Source: Phyllosticta citribraziliensis
Taxonomy: Eukaryota
Assembly (NCBI RefSeq): GCF_038025025.1
Contig: NW_027117349.1
Location: 1,302,001-1,366,000, forward strand
Reading direction: 5' to 3'
Length of the DNA: 64,000 bases
Position 1 is the first letter of the stretch; every line of letters starts with the position of its first letter. Made by a program: the position numbers and the translations under genes. The notes below the pieces were generated by a model. It was not told where the DNA came from, ran no database searches, and was given only the letters and a program-made list of their open reading frames with translations. This document shows positions 23,901 to 34,419 of this stretch, piece after piece.

Positions 23901-24116
23901 ACTCAAAACCCGTTTCACGTCGACCTCGAGGCCGGCATCATGTCTCCGCCTTCGGTTCGTGCAAGCCTGTACCTTCCAGACAGAACCGCGCTGCGCAAAC
24001 CCGTCAAGGTTCAGTCCGATTCGGCCCTCAAAACTCGACCACTCAAGATGGATCCAAGGAGCCCTGCCCATGCTGGCGTCAGCCCCATCACTCGAAACAT
24101 CTGGGATGTGCTGTAG
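20970..24116 (+). CDS. Dual-specificity (MAPK) protein phosphatase, Pmp1/Msg5-like, intronless CDS
   Basis: Catalytic loop VLVHCQCGVSRSASL, AYDAVKKRSKWIGPNMNLIMQL and YPNGPICI. MAPK docking D-motif-like KKPRNLKNLAV and RRRPSNLALTL. First ATG at 20970. Confidence 0.9.
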   Translation: MPVQTTARPHDAAAAMPSFMSVYGQDPKSNKVVAGDAASRTAAAAPGQLLKRPATSSAVLCGSNANFATFHQHRGSTSTSASGSTDSSPTTTISTMDGSSLTEPSPGPSPASPAAKASPSSFSPDFRSRSAIDKNKPGSADGPFFELQRPTTPAKKPRNLKNLAVNTSGSLGLGRPATTANLPAVQNAPPSSSSAPSSPSFVKPPTPPRRRPSNLALTLQTGKNNALPTLEIPPTPSVKRPNTLRHFQSSPSLPLCSPCVAPTGGMQLPPPSRSKPPPHGFAEVPMEAEEEEQEPNFDVPQSREEKPAAYPNGPICIYESGVYLYFEPTAEQASNYDVVLNVASEVVNPFVKNADETAGNANLVSKKGLPPPRESKLLHLTDRAFAEADSVPQTASDAQPSSPTTPKATPISGITQDESHQKPEYIHIPWEHNTDIVPDLHRLVKLIDDRVQKGKKVLVHCQCGVSRSASLIVAYGLYKNPGISVQEAYDAVKKRSKWIGPNMNLIMQLQEFRNGLLRSSGHGQAFKHGITRRVSPNPAASRGKDPFGDEGSGSRTPATAPLPEEYDSPANPQRASTGNMVMVPPGPTSAPSSGWSPGFRRTWDASQAPLGSPVEQPFVDPMGHVIPVVTIQKESPETIREDPSRDGSKGRSNSQTTVRQVFHKPSLQLSKDQDDQANVTELASEKQGDQARLGSVSAPSLNRPTTSTSSLHERRQNKPKPLNEPFSPRTASFNLAPTSESDHGMVSPRNGNFALHDRAKGERPNDSVISMSDCCKGGNKRNTTAEPLASPRSEEFHMAPFLPSQESDDDFGLLSPTRFEFPKNPFEGIAAFAPSVGLSEDTGLRVHPILPAATEPQPPAFSQFENFGFIGPESASRPRTPYQLVKNKYPPSEEPSPMAIAITQKDAVASKEPSADTDHLSAERPKLLRAKFSNPDLQTQFRLRALQGQLESQLPDHADQDVNGESDALSSPRAHEFTQNPFHVDLEAGIMSPPSVRASLYLPDRTALRKPVKVQSDSALKTRPLKMDPRSPAHAGVSPITRNIWDVL

Positions 24117-25440
24117 CCAGCATGAGCGAGGCTTTCTACCCACACTTGAAGCAGTTGCCCACCGTGTTTGGTGGTGGCACTCTACGAAAGTCGTGATTTG
24201 GCAGGGACCTCTCAAGTTGTCGGGGGCTCGAAGACGACTAGCTAGAGTCTGAATGCCATTCTTCTCGATTCAAACGGTGGCCCATTCTTCAAAGAATGGC
24301 CCACGCGTGATGACAAGAAGCAGCTTCGAGACCTGACTGACTCCAACCCTTGCGGCGCGTGCCGCATGGCAAAGCGACCACAAAAGGCAGAGCCCTCATC
24401 CAGTTTCGTCGAAGTCAGTGTGCTTCTTCGTTTTCCTTTCGACTTCCAAGCCTTGCATATTTTATTCCCAACCCCTCACCATCGCTCACCTTTCCTATCA
24501 CCACCTTGAACCTCTCAAGCCTGCATTTGGGCTTCTCATCTCTTATTTCTCTCTCGGGTCCGCACGTCACTGCGTTCCAGAGCGCGGCGTTGGAGTTTCC
24601 AGAATTTTCCTTGAAGCAGGCCTCTTTTCACGCCTCTACTTTCGACCAGCACGCAGGTTGCTGCATTTCCTTTTGAACCCACCCGGCTACGAATGATCCG
24701 TAGACTCTACATTCGCTCTCATCCCAGTACCCCATTGCCGTTTTCCTATCAAGGGCCTCTATTCCCTTCGACTGTCTTGACTTTTGATCCATTCGGTTTT
24801 TTCCTTGAGCATGAACATACAATCAGGCGTCATTGGGTTGTTGCTGGCTGCCGTGAGCTCTTCACGCGAGGCATCACTGAAGAAAAAGCCATTTCCAGGC
24901 GTGATGTTCCTTTTCTGCGTTTGCTTTTCCTTTCTCTCTTGCAATACAGGTGTGCGGTGTGCTGGATGGGAAAAACGCACGGAGATACCAAGGACTTGAC
25001 TGGATGGTTGGACAGATGGATGGATGGATGATGGATACCGCTCGTTCGGCCCTTGGTGGAGTAGCTTTGCTTGCTTTGAAAACAGTAGCAAATGAACATT
25101 AGCCAGTTGGTGTCTACTCGTATGTGATTTGGTTGACTGTGACATGGATGCTGTTGGTGGTCGTTGGCGGTCCAGGATCATGAATCAATGCCGGCCAGAA
25201 CCGTGGCGGGTACGGGTAGGGCTGAGCACGTGATGGGGTTGGGCTTGTTTACTTCTTGCGTCACACGGGCCCGTCCCGTCCTTCTCCACCTCCTCACCGC
25301 ACTCCATCTACTCCTTCGCGAACGCCAACTCCGGCTGCGGCGCAACGTCCATCGTCAACTTCGCCTTCCTGTCGTTACTTCGCGATTCACTTCTTTGTAT
25401 CTGGCCTTTGATTGATTGATTCTCCTTCGCGCTTCTCGCA

Positions 25441-27310
25441 ATGGTTTTGACGCGTAGGCGGTCCTCGAGGCTCGCCAGCACGCCGCGGGTACGCTCCTTT
25501 TCCTCATACGCGCCGCAGCGCCCGAACAGATGAGTAGCAACTGACCGAGTCGCAGCGCGCCAACATTTCCCCCGCTACCGAGATGGCCTCTCCGGCGCCT
25601 ACAGCGACCCCCAAGATGCCCGCTCTGGGCGAAGTCGATGAAAGCCCTGATCCGGCACCTGTCAGGCCCGTCTCTACTCCCAAAGCCTCCGAGACTGTCG
25701 GCAAGCGCACTCCCGCCACCGAAGCTCGCACCCCGACGAACAAGAGCCCTATCGCCCCCAGTCACGTCGAGATGCATCCACAATTCCATCATCACACCAC
25801 CGCGAAGCCGTTGCAAGAGGCCCGCTGGCTCGGCTTCATGAACATGGGTCCTCAGACGGAGCCATCGAAGAAGGGATTGAGCAAGATTCCCACCACCCAG
25901 GCAACCCCGACCAAGTCTCAAGAGCTGAGCAGGACCTTTTCCCCTCCCGACTTCAAATTCACCTTTCGCAACCCGGAGCTCGAGCTCAGCCCCAAGGCCA
26001 AGAAGATGATGGAAGAGAGCAGGAAGGACGTTGAGAGGATTCGCGCACAGATGGCGGCCAACCCAGAGCAGTACGGCTTGCAGACCAACGAGGAGCTCCG
26101 GCGCAAGATTGTTCAGCCCAAGGGCAAATCCAACAGATTCAGTGATGCTCATGCGAAGGCCTTTGCGAAGATGGAGTCGATTGCCAACCACCCGTCCGCA
26201 TTTCGCAACGGCCCCAGCCGTCTCAAGCCAAGTGCCGCGGCTGGATCACTGAAGCGCTCTCCATCCAAGGCCGAGCTTGACAAGGTTGAGAAGACGACAC
26301 CCAAGATGTCGCGCTCGAGGAGCAATGTTTCGCTGCAAAATTCGGACGGCAAGGAGTCTGCAGGTCCGGCCAAGCGCGTCAAGCGGAGCAAAGATGACGA
26401 CGCCTCTGCTGCCCGGCCTGCTCCTCGGAACGGCAACGACAAGGGCCTCGAGTCCAAGAGCACCGTTGCGCCGCGCACTGGCATTCCACGCCTGAACCAT
26501 CTTACTACGCCGACCAAGGCCTCTTTGGCTCGCTCTCAGAGCGTCAAGACGCTGAAGAAGACTACACTCATCACAGACGTTCCCAAATCTCCATCGGTGC
26601 AGCACTTTACAACTCCATCCAAGGCCAAGTCGACTTTGCTCGAGGGAATCCGCAAGGTCGGCCAGTCCGTCTCGCGTTTGCCGACCGTCAAGTCCATTCT
26701 GCGTAGCCCTGTGCGCCAGTACTCGGACGACCCGGCCAAGATTGCTGCCGGCACGCACCGTCCCCAGCTGTCCGACCTCAACAAGAAGCTTCCTGCAGTT
26801 CCAGCCACCGAGCCTGTTCAGAAGCGCGTCAATTTCAGTGACAGTATCCTCGCCAGAACCAGTGATGAAGAGCCCGCGACCCCCACGGCAGCCTCGGCCC
26901 GTGCCACGTCGGACGACGTTTCGTCTGACGTAGTTTACCCCGACCTCTCCCACACATCGCCTTTCCGCAGGGCGACTGGCGACTTTACCTTTCGCGCAGA
27001 GACGGCGCTCAAGTTTGGCCCGTCCAAGCCCACGATTCGCCACGTGCGTCCCAGCGACACTAATGCTGGTGTTGGCGGTGCGTCTACATTGAAGGACGAC
27101 CAGGCCGCGAAGAAGCGCAAGGTTGACGGCGCTGGCAAGCTACCCGAGAGCGACAAGGAGAATGAGGCAGAAGAGCGTCCTGCGAAGAGGAGCAAGCCGA
27201 ACACGACTCCAGCTGCAAAGAGCAAGACGCCCAGCCGCAGCAATGCCGCGCGTGCTGGCCTCAGCCGGAACAGGCTCAACCTCCTGGCCACGCCCAAGCG
27301 CCGTGGTTGA
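25441..27310 (+). CDS. Basic, disordered S/TP-rich protein, candidate spindle/microtubule-associated; exons 25441-25488, 25556-27310
   Basis: ATG 25441 exon (MVLTRRRSSRLASTPR), intron GTACGC...CTGAC...CAG in frame with the 575-aa ORF. Motifs RFSDAHAKAFAKMESI, KSILR, KRVNF and DKEN. Confidence 0.8.
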
Positions 27311-28361
27311 GCACAGCAGGTGGGAGGGCTGCGGAGGAGGTTAGCGAATGACGTCCAGGTGGTGGCACGCCACGAGCAGGTTTTGGCCAGGGTTGGCTTG
27401 GACATCCCGGACGGCGAGCTGACGTTTTGATGTTTGACGCTGCTGACTCTCTGCTGGGCACGGGGCCAGCAGCGTCGATGGTTTTCTCACGTCGCAACGA
27501 TGCAAATGACTTTTTTCGGCTGCATCTTGTGCTTCTTGGCCCAGTGACGGCCTCGGCCTTGTTTCTACACGACTAATTTCCTTGTTCGGCGCGGCAAAAG
27601 GAGCACGGCGAATGGCAATAATGGTTGGATTTCTGGGGGCGGGCGTATTGCTGGCTAGTGGGAGATGATGCCTGATCAGGTTGGGTTTTGTTCGCGGTGG
27701 TCCGATGCGCCAGGGCTGGACATGTTGCAAGATTGACTTGAGGGTTCGGATAGGTGACTACAACGGAATGCATACGATGTTCAAAATAATTTTGTTGATG
27801 GTGGTGACCAGAATGTAGAGCGGGCGGGCACGGCCCCGACGCGGGCAGCCGAAAAGTGGCGTCTTGAGGGCAGCCTCGTCCTGCCTCTCATCCTCACCAC
27901 CAGCCAACGATAACCCAAAGCCCTACATCCATCCCATCCCGCCAGCAAGGACTTTGTCCCGCCTCTCCCTCCCTTTGCCTCACCCATCCCACCACACGGC
28001 CGTCCCGCTCCCTCTCGCAACCGTGGCGTCGTCCGTACTGTCCTTCTTAGCTCACGCTATCAACCCATCTGAGCCGCAACCCGGCTCTGCGACGACACCC
28101 TTTCCAAGTCGCCCACCGCTTGCGCTGCTGAGGTCCAAGGTCGACGACCTCCTCACGCGCTTCAACATCAGCGCCCCACCCCAGCTGTCCTACCTGCTCC
28201 CGCCCGTAGGGCCAACCGGCCTGCCCACCACGTCATCGTCCCTCGACCAGCTCGTCACTGCCGTCGCAGCAAGATACTCGCAGGACCCCGCCTCTTTTGT
28301 GGCCGTCCTCGTCGCCACACTTTTGGCCGGTCTGCTCGTCGGAGCCTTTAGCTTCCGTAGA

Positions 28362-29540
28362 ATGTCGTGGAGCAATCGCTTTGGCTCATGGAGCGGGCGA
28401 TTCAGTCCTTTTGGCCGCGGCGATAGCAGCAACAAGGAGGTGTCGGACGCCGACTTCAGCTACATCACAAACGAGGACCTGGCCGCCAGCCAGAAGAACC
28501 TGGGCGCGGCGCCCAACAGCAACTCTTCGTCCACCGACGACCTGGCCACCAACGAGACGAGCCGCGACGCTCGAGGCCAAAACAGCTATCCTGCCCACAG
28601 CGGCGCGCCCGGTCGCGACAATGCCAACGGCGACACGGACGTCGTCGTCTTCAAGCACAAGCGCGTGAGCTACCCCGTGCATTTCCCGCGGGGCTCCATC
28701 GACGACGATTCGCTGAGCATACGCGGGATGCGCGAGGCGGCGGCGCGCAAAATGGGCGTCGACGATCCGCGCCGCATCAAGCTGTTTTACAAGGGGCGGC
28801 AGCTCGAGGACGACCGTGCAGCGGTATTCTACGGGCTCCGGTCCGACTTGGAATCGGAAGTCATGTGCGTCGTCGGCGAAAAACCGTCATCGAGCCGCAA
28901 CAGCAACATGCACGCCAAAGCAACGACGACGGAAGCCCGCTCCTCCAACAGCTACAGCGACGACGAGGCTTCGTCGGACGACTACCGCTCTTCTACACCC
29001 GCCGGCGACGCCCAGGCCCAGAACAAGCGCAGCAAGAAGCGCAACCGCCGCGGCGGCCGCAAGCACAAGGGCGCGCGCGCCACGTCCGAGGTCCCGCAAC
29101 CCACGACGACAACAAACCAGCGCGCCGGCACCTACATGGGTGGCGCCGCGAGCTCCGAATTCCTCGGCGTGCCCGCCTCGACGGCGTTCCCACCGCGCCC
29201 AACATCATCCTCCTCAAGCCGCCCCTCGCCCGCCAACAAACCCACCCCCACCGCCAACGCCGGCCCGATGGACAAGCTCGAAACGCTGTCGCACAAGTAC
29301 CACGGCGAGCTGCTGCCGGGCTGCCAGGAGTTCCTCGCGCGCCCGCCGCCCGACGCCGCCAAGCGCGATTTCGAGCACAAGCGCCTCACCGAGACGATCC
29401 TCGCGCAGGTGCTGCTGAAGCTGGACGCCGTCGATACGAGTGGCGATGAGGGGGCGCGCGCCAGGAGGAAGGAGTTGGTGAGGGAGTGCAATGCCATGCT
29501 GAATCGCTTGGATGCTGTTGTTAAGCCGGCGGCGGCGTGA
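28362..29540 (+). CDS. BAG-domain Hsp70 co-chaperone with a ubiquitin-like domain (AUG-initiated form; possible upstream extension from 28023)
   Basis: C-terminal FEHKRLTETILAQVLLKLDAVDTSGDEGARARRKELVRECNAMLNRLD is a BAG domain. Ubl-like RRIKLFYKGRQLEDD. The first in-frame ATG is 28362. Confidence 0.88.
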   Translation: MSWSNRFGSWSGRFSPFGRGDSSNKEVSDADFSYITNEDLAASQKNLGAAPNSNSSSTDDLATNETSRDARGQNSYPAHSGAPGRDNANGDTDVVVFKHKRVSYPVHFPRGSIDDDSLSIRGMREAAARKMGVDDPRRIKLFYKGRQLEDDRAAVFYGLRSDLESEVMCVVGEKPSSSRNSNMHAKATTTEARSSNSYSDDEASSDDYRSSTPAGDAQAQNKRSKKRNRRGGRKHKGARATSEVPQPTTTTNQRAGTYMGGAASSEFLGVPASTAFPPRPTSSSSSRPSPANKPTPTANAGPMDKLETLSHKYHGELLPGCQEFLARPPPDAAKRDFEHKRLTETILAQVLLKLDAVDTSGDEGARARRKELVRECNAMLNRLDAVVKPAAA

Positions 29541-29776
29541 TTTGAGCATGAGAGGAGGAATGGACGCATAGCGAGCGTGAGGAAGACGGGTGGGATTGGG
29601 GTTTGATATGTAGATTTTGAGGAGGGGTTTGGATGGATGGATGGATGGATTCGCCGTGATGGGAGGAGACGTGGAAGGGAGTAGAATACCGGCGGATGAA
29701 TGAATGGACAGAAGGGTAGAAGTGAGAAGCGAGAAGCGAGAACGAAAGACTAGCGGAAGAGCATTAACCCACTTAT

Positions 29777-29811
29777 CTACCTACCTACCTACCTACCTAC
29801 CTACCTACCTA
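29777..29811. repeat. (CTAC)n microsatellite between the convergent BAG and Zn2Cys6 genes
   Basis: About 8.5 perfect CTAC units. Confidence 0.9.
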
Positions 29812-30970
29812 TCTTGCCGTCCATGTTGTCTGCCCGTGTGCCCGATCTAACTCTCTCCTCCTCCTACCCCTACATATCCATCTGTTCTTCCCCATACTCC
29901 ACGCTCCCCTTCCAAGAAGTAAAAGCGGGCTCGGTTCGTTCGCTTTACTGAGCTAGTTGGTTGGGTGCTGCAGGACGAAACAACTAATAAGTACGCCCTT
30001 TTGTTGTACGTGTGTGTATGTGTGTGAGATGAAAGGAAAAAGGAGAAAGAAGAAAGGGGGGATGCGCCGGAGACTGCCTTACCGAGTGAGGATTTTTAGA
30101 TCAAGACAGAGGTGTGTGTAATAACGGATAATTAACATGCGATTGGTGATGCGAATGTTAATTAATCTGCCGTTGTTCAATTCATACCGTCTACCGCACC
30201 CCTCCGTCTAATGGATAGGTGGCTGAATAAACGTGGAAAATTTTATCAAGAGGTGGTGCAGCACTATGTGATATACTGATCATCACCACCAACAGGATAA
30301 TTAAATAGATTTGAACAGTGCTTCAATTCTACCTCGTCTACCTCGTCTCCATCTCACCACCACCATAGCCATCATCGTCATAATCGTCGTCATCACTCGT
30401 TCATCTGTCTGCAAACGACCTATCCCGTACCCGTATCCATACACGCAACTACCCGCCCGCCCACCATCCATCCGTCCATCCGTCAAACCGTCCTACGGTC
30501 GAAAACAACAACCGACGAGAAATTTTGCCAGCTAACCAGTCCGCTCCGCTCCCGCCTTACATCAAACGCCAAAAAAAATATGAAAAGCCTAGCCAAAGAC
30601 GCGTGTACACGAAAAGAAGAGGAAGAGAGAAACTGGAAAGGGAGATGTGCGCCGAAGAGATGGGGGGAAAGGAGAAAGATGGAAAGGGGACATGACGCCT
30701 GCCTGCCTGCCTGCTTACCGGTCCAAGAAAATGAGACAAGGAAATGGAGGAGGAGAAGAGAAGAAAAGAAAAGGACAAAGGATGATGAAAGAAAAGAGAA
30801 GAAAAGTGAAGTGGGGGTATCACAGTCCGAAGAAAGCCCTCCTGCCTGTCCAGCCAGCCAGCCGTTCATCCATCCCACTCAAAAAAGGCACGATGCTCCA
30901 ATCATCGACATCGTCATCCACGCCCTCTGCCACGGGCCGTACCAAGCGCCTTGTTCCGGGGCAGTCACGC

Positions 30971-33900
30971 TCATCTAAACCCAAGACCAAGCCCCATACC
31001 CATGCCCATGCCCTGACCGAGCACGCCAACGCCGCTGCTGTTTTGATCCGCAAACATGCCTGCCCACTCGTCGCCGCTGAACAAGTCGTCGAGCCCCGTC
31101 GCACCACCAGCGCCCATAAGATTTTGCTGCTGTTGTTGCTGTTGCTGGCGCATGACGGCCGCCGGCGCGCCAGAGCCAGACGACGAGGACGACGACGGCA
31201 GAATGCCGCCAAACAAGTCACCGGCCGCGCCGTTGGTTTGGGCTTGTTGTTGCTGTTGCTGCTGCTGCTGCTGCGACGGCGGCGGCTGCGCAAACAAGAA
31301 CGGCGTCGGATCATACATTTCGAGGTCGACGGTGGCGCCGTGCGAGGGGTCGTGGTGCGGCGTGGGCTGCTGCGGCAGGGCGTTGAACTTGTTGGCGGCG
31401 CCGTTCGTCTGGTGCGTGCTCGCCGCCGACGAGACGGGCGTGCCTTGGCCGCTGCGCTGCGACGAGCTGGCGAAGCTGTCGAGGTACGAGTGCGTGCTGG
31501 CGCTGGCGTCGTTGGGCGTGATGTTGCTGAAACCATTGTTCTCGAACGTCGTCATGGGCTGGTTGGGGTACGCCAGTGGGTCGTTTGACGGGAACATCAT
31601 GGCGGAAAGATCGGGAATCGGCGGGTTGAGGCCGTTGATGCGGTCGATGAAGTTGCTCTGGACGGGGCTAAAGGTGTATTGATGGTGCGGTTGTGGAGCC
31701 TGGCTAAACACTGGGCTCGGAGTGAGGTTCGTCTGGAGTCCCCCAAAGTATCCATTCGACGAGTTCGGCGCAGGTGTGTTTTGCTGGTAGCCAAAGGGAC
31801 TAATCTCAGGGACGACACTGAAGTGAGCTTGAGCAGGTGAAGATTGCGAGTTCTGCATGTCCAAATGCGGTGGAAAAGATGCGCGATGAGTTTGCTTGGT
31901 CTCATCTTTGGCAGGAGAGGTGTTTTGGGGAAATGTTTGTGCGCGTCTAGGTCCGTTTTGGAAATCGTTCGACTCGGAAAGGGGGTGTTCGGACTTGATC
32001 ATTGGTGCGCGTTGGGGCGATTGTGCCCTCCGCTTGCGCGATGCAACCGCCAAAACGTTTTCACGGCTTCTTGCAATCCGGTCAGGTAGTTGATTGAAGA
32101 CGGCCTACCCTTGTCAGCGGGAATCGCAAAATATACGGCATCACAAACCTTGAGCGTCCTGGTACAGCGATCAGCTGCCATGCTGCGCTTGGCGAGGCTT
32201 TCCAAGACCTCTTTGCCCTCGTAAGCCTCCTTGAGAACCTCGTTGCTTGTAGGCGATTCAGGATTCTCCAGGGCAAAGTAGATGAGTGTCATGATGGCAA
32301 AAAAGGTCGTGTACATTGTAAACCAGTAAGCCCCGTTGAGCATGTCGCGCTTCTTCATTTCCACTGTAATGTGGATAATGTTTCTCGAGACGCTTATGCA
32401 AGCCGATGCACAGGCATAAGCTCTCTTGTCAAGCGAGCTGCAATTCGGGGATTTTGAGACGTAGTGGAGGAATGGCCTGTACAGCATCATTTGCGTGTGG
32501 GCGTACGCCATGCGCAGCAGCTGACGGACACTGGTTTGGTAAGCCTTTGATGTGATGCAAGGAATAGCTGCCACCTACCGAGTTATCATGGGAGTTGCTT
32601 CTCCGCCAGGCTTCAGTCCAGGGGGCAGGTTCTCCATCCAATCCTGGAGGTCCTTTTCAATTTCCCGAATGTCGGCGTAAGAGACAGTGTACGAGGCAAT
32701 TTGCTGGCCGTGTTTTTCCTGCGTCTTGGTTTTGATTGGGTACACGACGCGGACGACCTTGGACAAAATGTCAATCAGGGTGCAGTGCGCATTGCACGCC
32801 GTAATGAGCGAGATGGTGTTGGGTGGTGGACGCAAATATTCCGTCTCGGTGATATATTCGTCGTCCAGCTCTTCGGGTAGATCCTGGTCAACCTCGTCAA
32901 AGTTCAGAGTGTGGGGCAGTCCGAGTAGCGCCCCAACGTAGACGTCCATTTTTCGAATGACCCAGAAACTCCTCTTCCGCATTTCTGTTTCAATGGGGTT
33001 GAACCTGTCATTCATGGAACGATGCAGACCCATGCGCAATGCGGAGCGAAGCGCCACTCCAATATACGCATAGCAAGTGGAGAGCTTGGCCGACGATTGG
33101 AGGAATAAAATCATGAAAATGACGGCCTGAAAGCGTGAGAATTGGCAGGGTAAACGGAATTCGGCAAACCTACCTGCAGCCCATTGAGGTCGCGGCACAT
33201 GGCAATGTCCAGGATGCCTCGAGCCGCCTTGAAGTATTGTACTCTATGACTCGTTAGCTCCAGGGATTATTTTTTCCACAAATTTATGCTTACCCATCGT
33301 TGATCGCATTCTCGTAGCCGACTTCGTCAAGCTCATCTGTAGGACGCGCAAACAGAGATCCGAGAGCTAGTACAGTGTAAAGGAGCGGCAGGAAGCTGTG
33401 TTCCTGCGCGCCATAGTCGTCCGGCGACTTGTTGTACATTTGCTCTAGGTTTCTCCAAAAGGTAGGAAGATGGACTATGCGAAGCAAAGAACTAGCATCA
33501 TTGATGGCGGCGTCACAGAGCCTGATTGCCTTGTCCTTCGGCGGAAGCTCCGCGCCCCCTGGCAAGGTGGAAATTTCAAAGTGGGACGGCGAGTCTTGTG
33601 CGCTCTTGGGTGACTCAAAGACGTACGAAATGGGACGGGTGGCCGGGAACGGAGAAGACTCGCTCTCGCCGTTTCCCATGAAATCAAACTTTTCCCTCAT
33701 TTTTCGCACAAAACTGAGACCGGAGGAGTGGCCGTGGTAATCCCAGTAGCCGTGCTCGTCGAGATCCAACTGTCCAGTTGCACGCACCATGGATTCCAGC
33801 TGCCCCTCTTCTCTTTGCTGAGCCTGGGGGATGAGGTTGTTTGCCTTGGGTGTGATTTGAGCAGAGTTGACGCTGGTGGCATTTTCAGAGGGAGTGTATG

Positions 33901-34419
33901 GTTGACTCTGCTGCGTTTGGGGCAGAACGCCCTCCTGCAGGCCAGCCGCAATCGCGGGGTCGTCGAGGTTGACGTTGGGCAAGATGGCGGCGAGCAATGC
34001 CTCTGCGCGTTTGAGGCGATTCTCCAAGGCTTCGACGTACTGCGGCGCGGCATTGCGTCTGCGGTTGGAAGGTTGGTCGTACGTGCACTCTGAGGGGCAT
34101 CTCGTCAGCAAATTGTGGCATGGCGGACGAACGCATGAAACGAACCATAGCTGTAGACTGTGCAATGAGTACAAGGCTGCTTCCCGTCGCACTTGATCTT
34201 TTTTCTTCTGCACTCGTCGCAGGCCCTGGTTACCCTCCGCCTTTTCTGCATGGGGACGGCGGGTCGCGGAGCGGTGTTTTCAGGTCCGGTCTCGGTTGGC
34301 GACTGCGGCGCGGAGTCATGGAGTTCCGTTTCGCTGTCTGGGTTGATCGACGTCCCCAACGAAGCAGCGGGGTCATGGGCGCTGGCGGAGTCGTCGGCAG
34401 GCATCGTGTCGGTGTCCAT
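30971..34419 (-). CDS. ASG1: Zn(II)2Cys6 transcription factor with a fungal-specific TF middle domain, ASG1-like; about 6 exons; start codon uncertain
   Basis: [55 protein letters not shown]...[22 protein letters not shown] and [11 protein letters not shown]. PolyQ C-terminus. Introns near 34146-34091, 33293-33242, 33173-33126, 32578-32525 and 32148-32106 (approximate). Confidence 0.85.

Noticed and set aside
30580..31682. Plus-strand ORFs with poly-Leu, poly-Cys or Arg runs
   Set aside because: Antisense or frame-shifted readings of the CAG/CAA polyQ tracts and purine-rich 3' UTR of the Zn2Cys6 TF.
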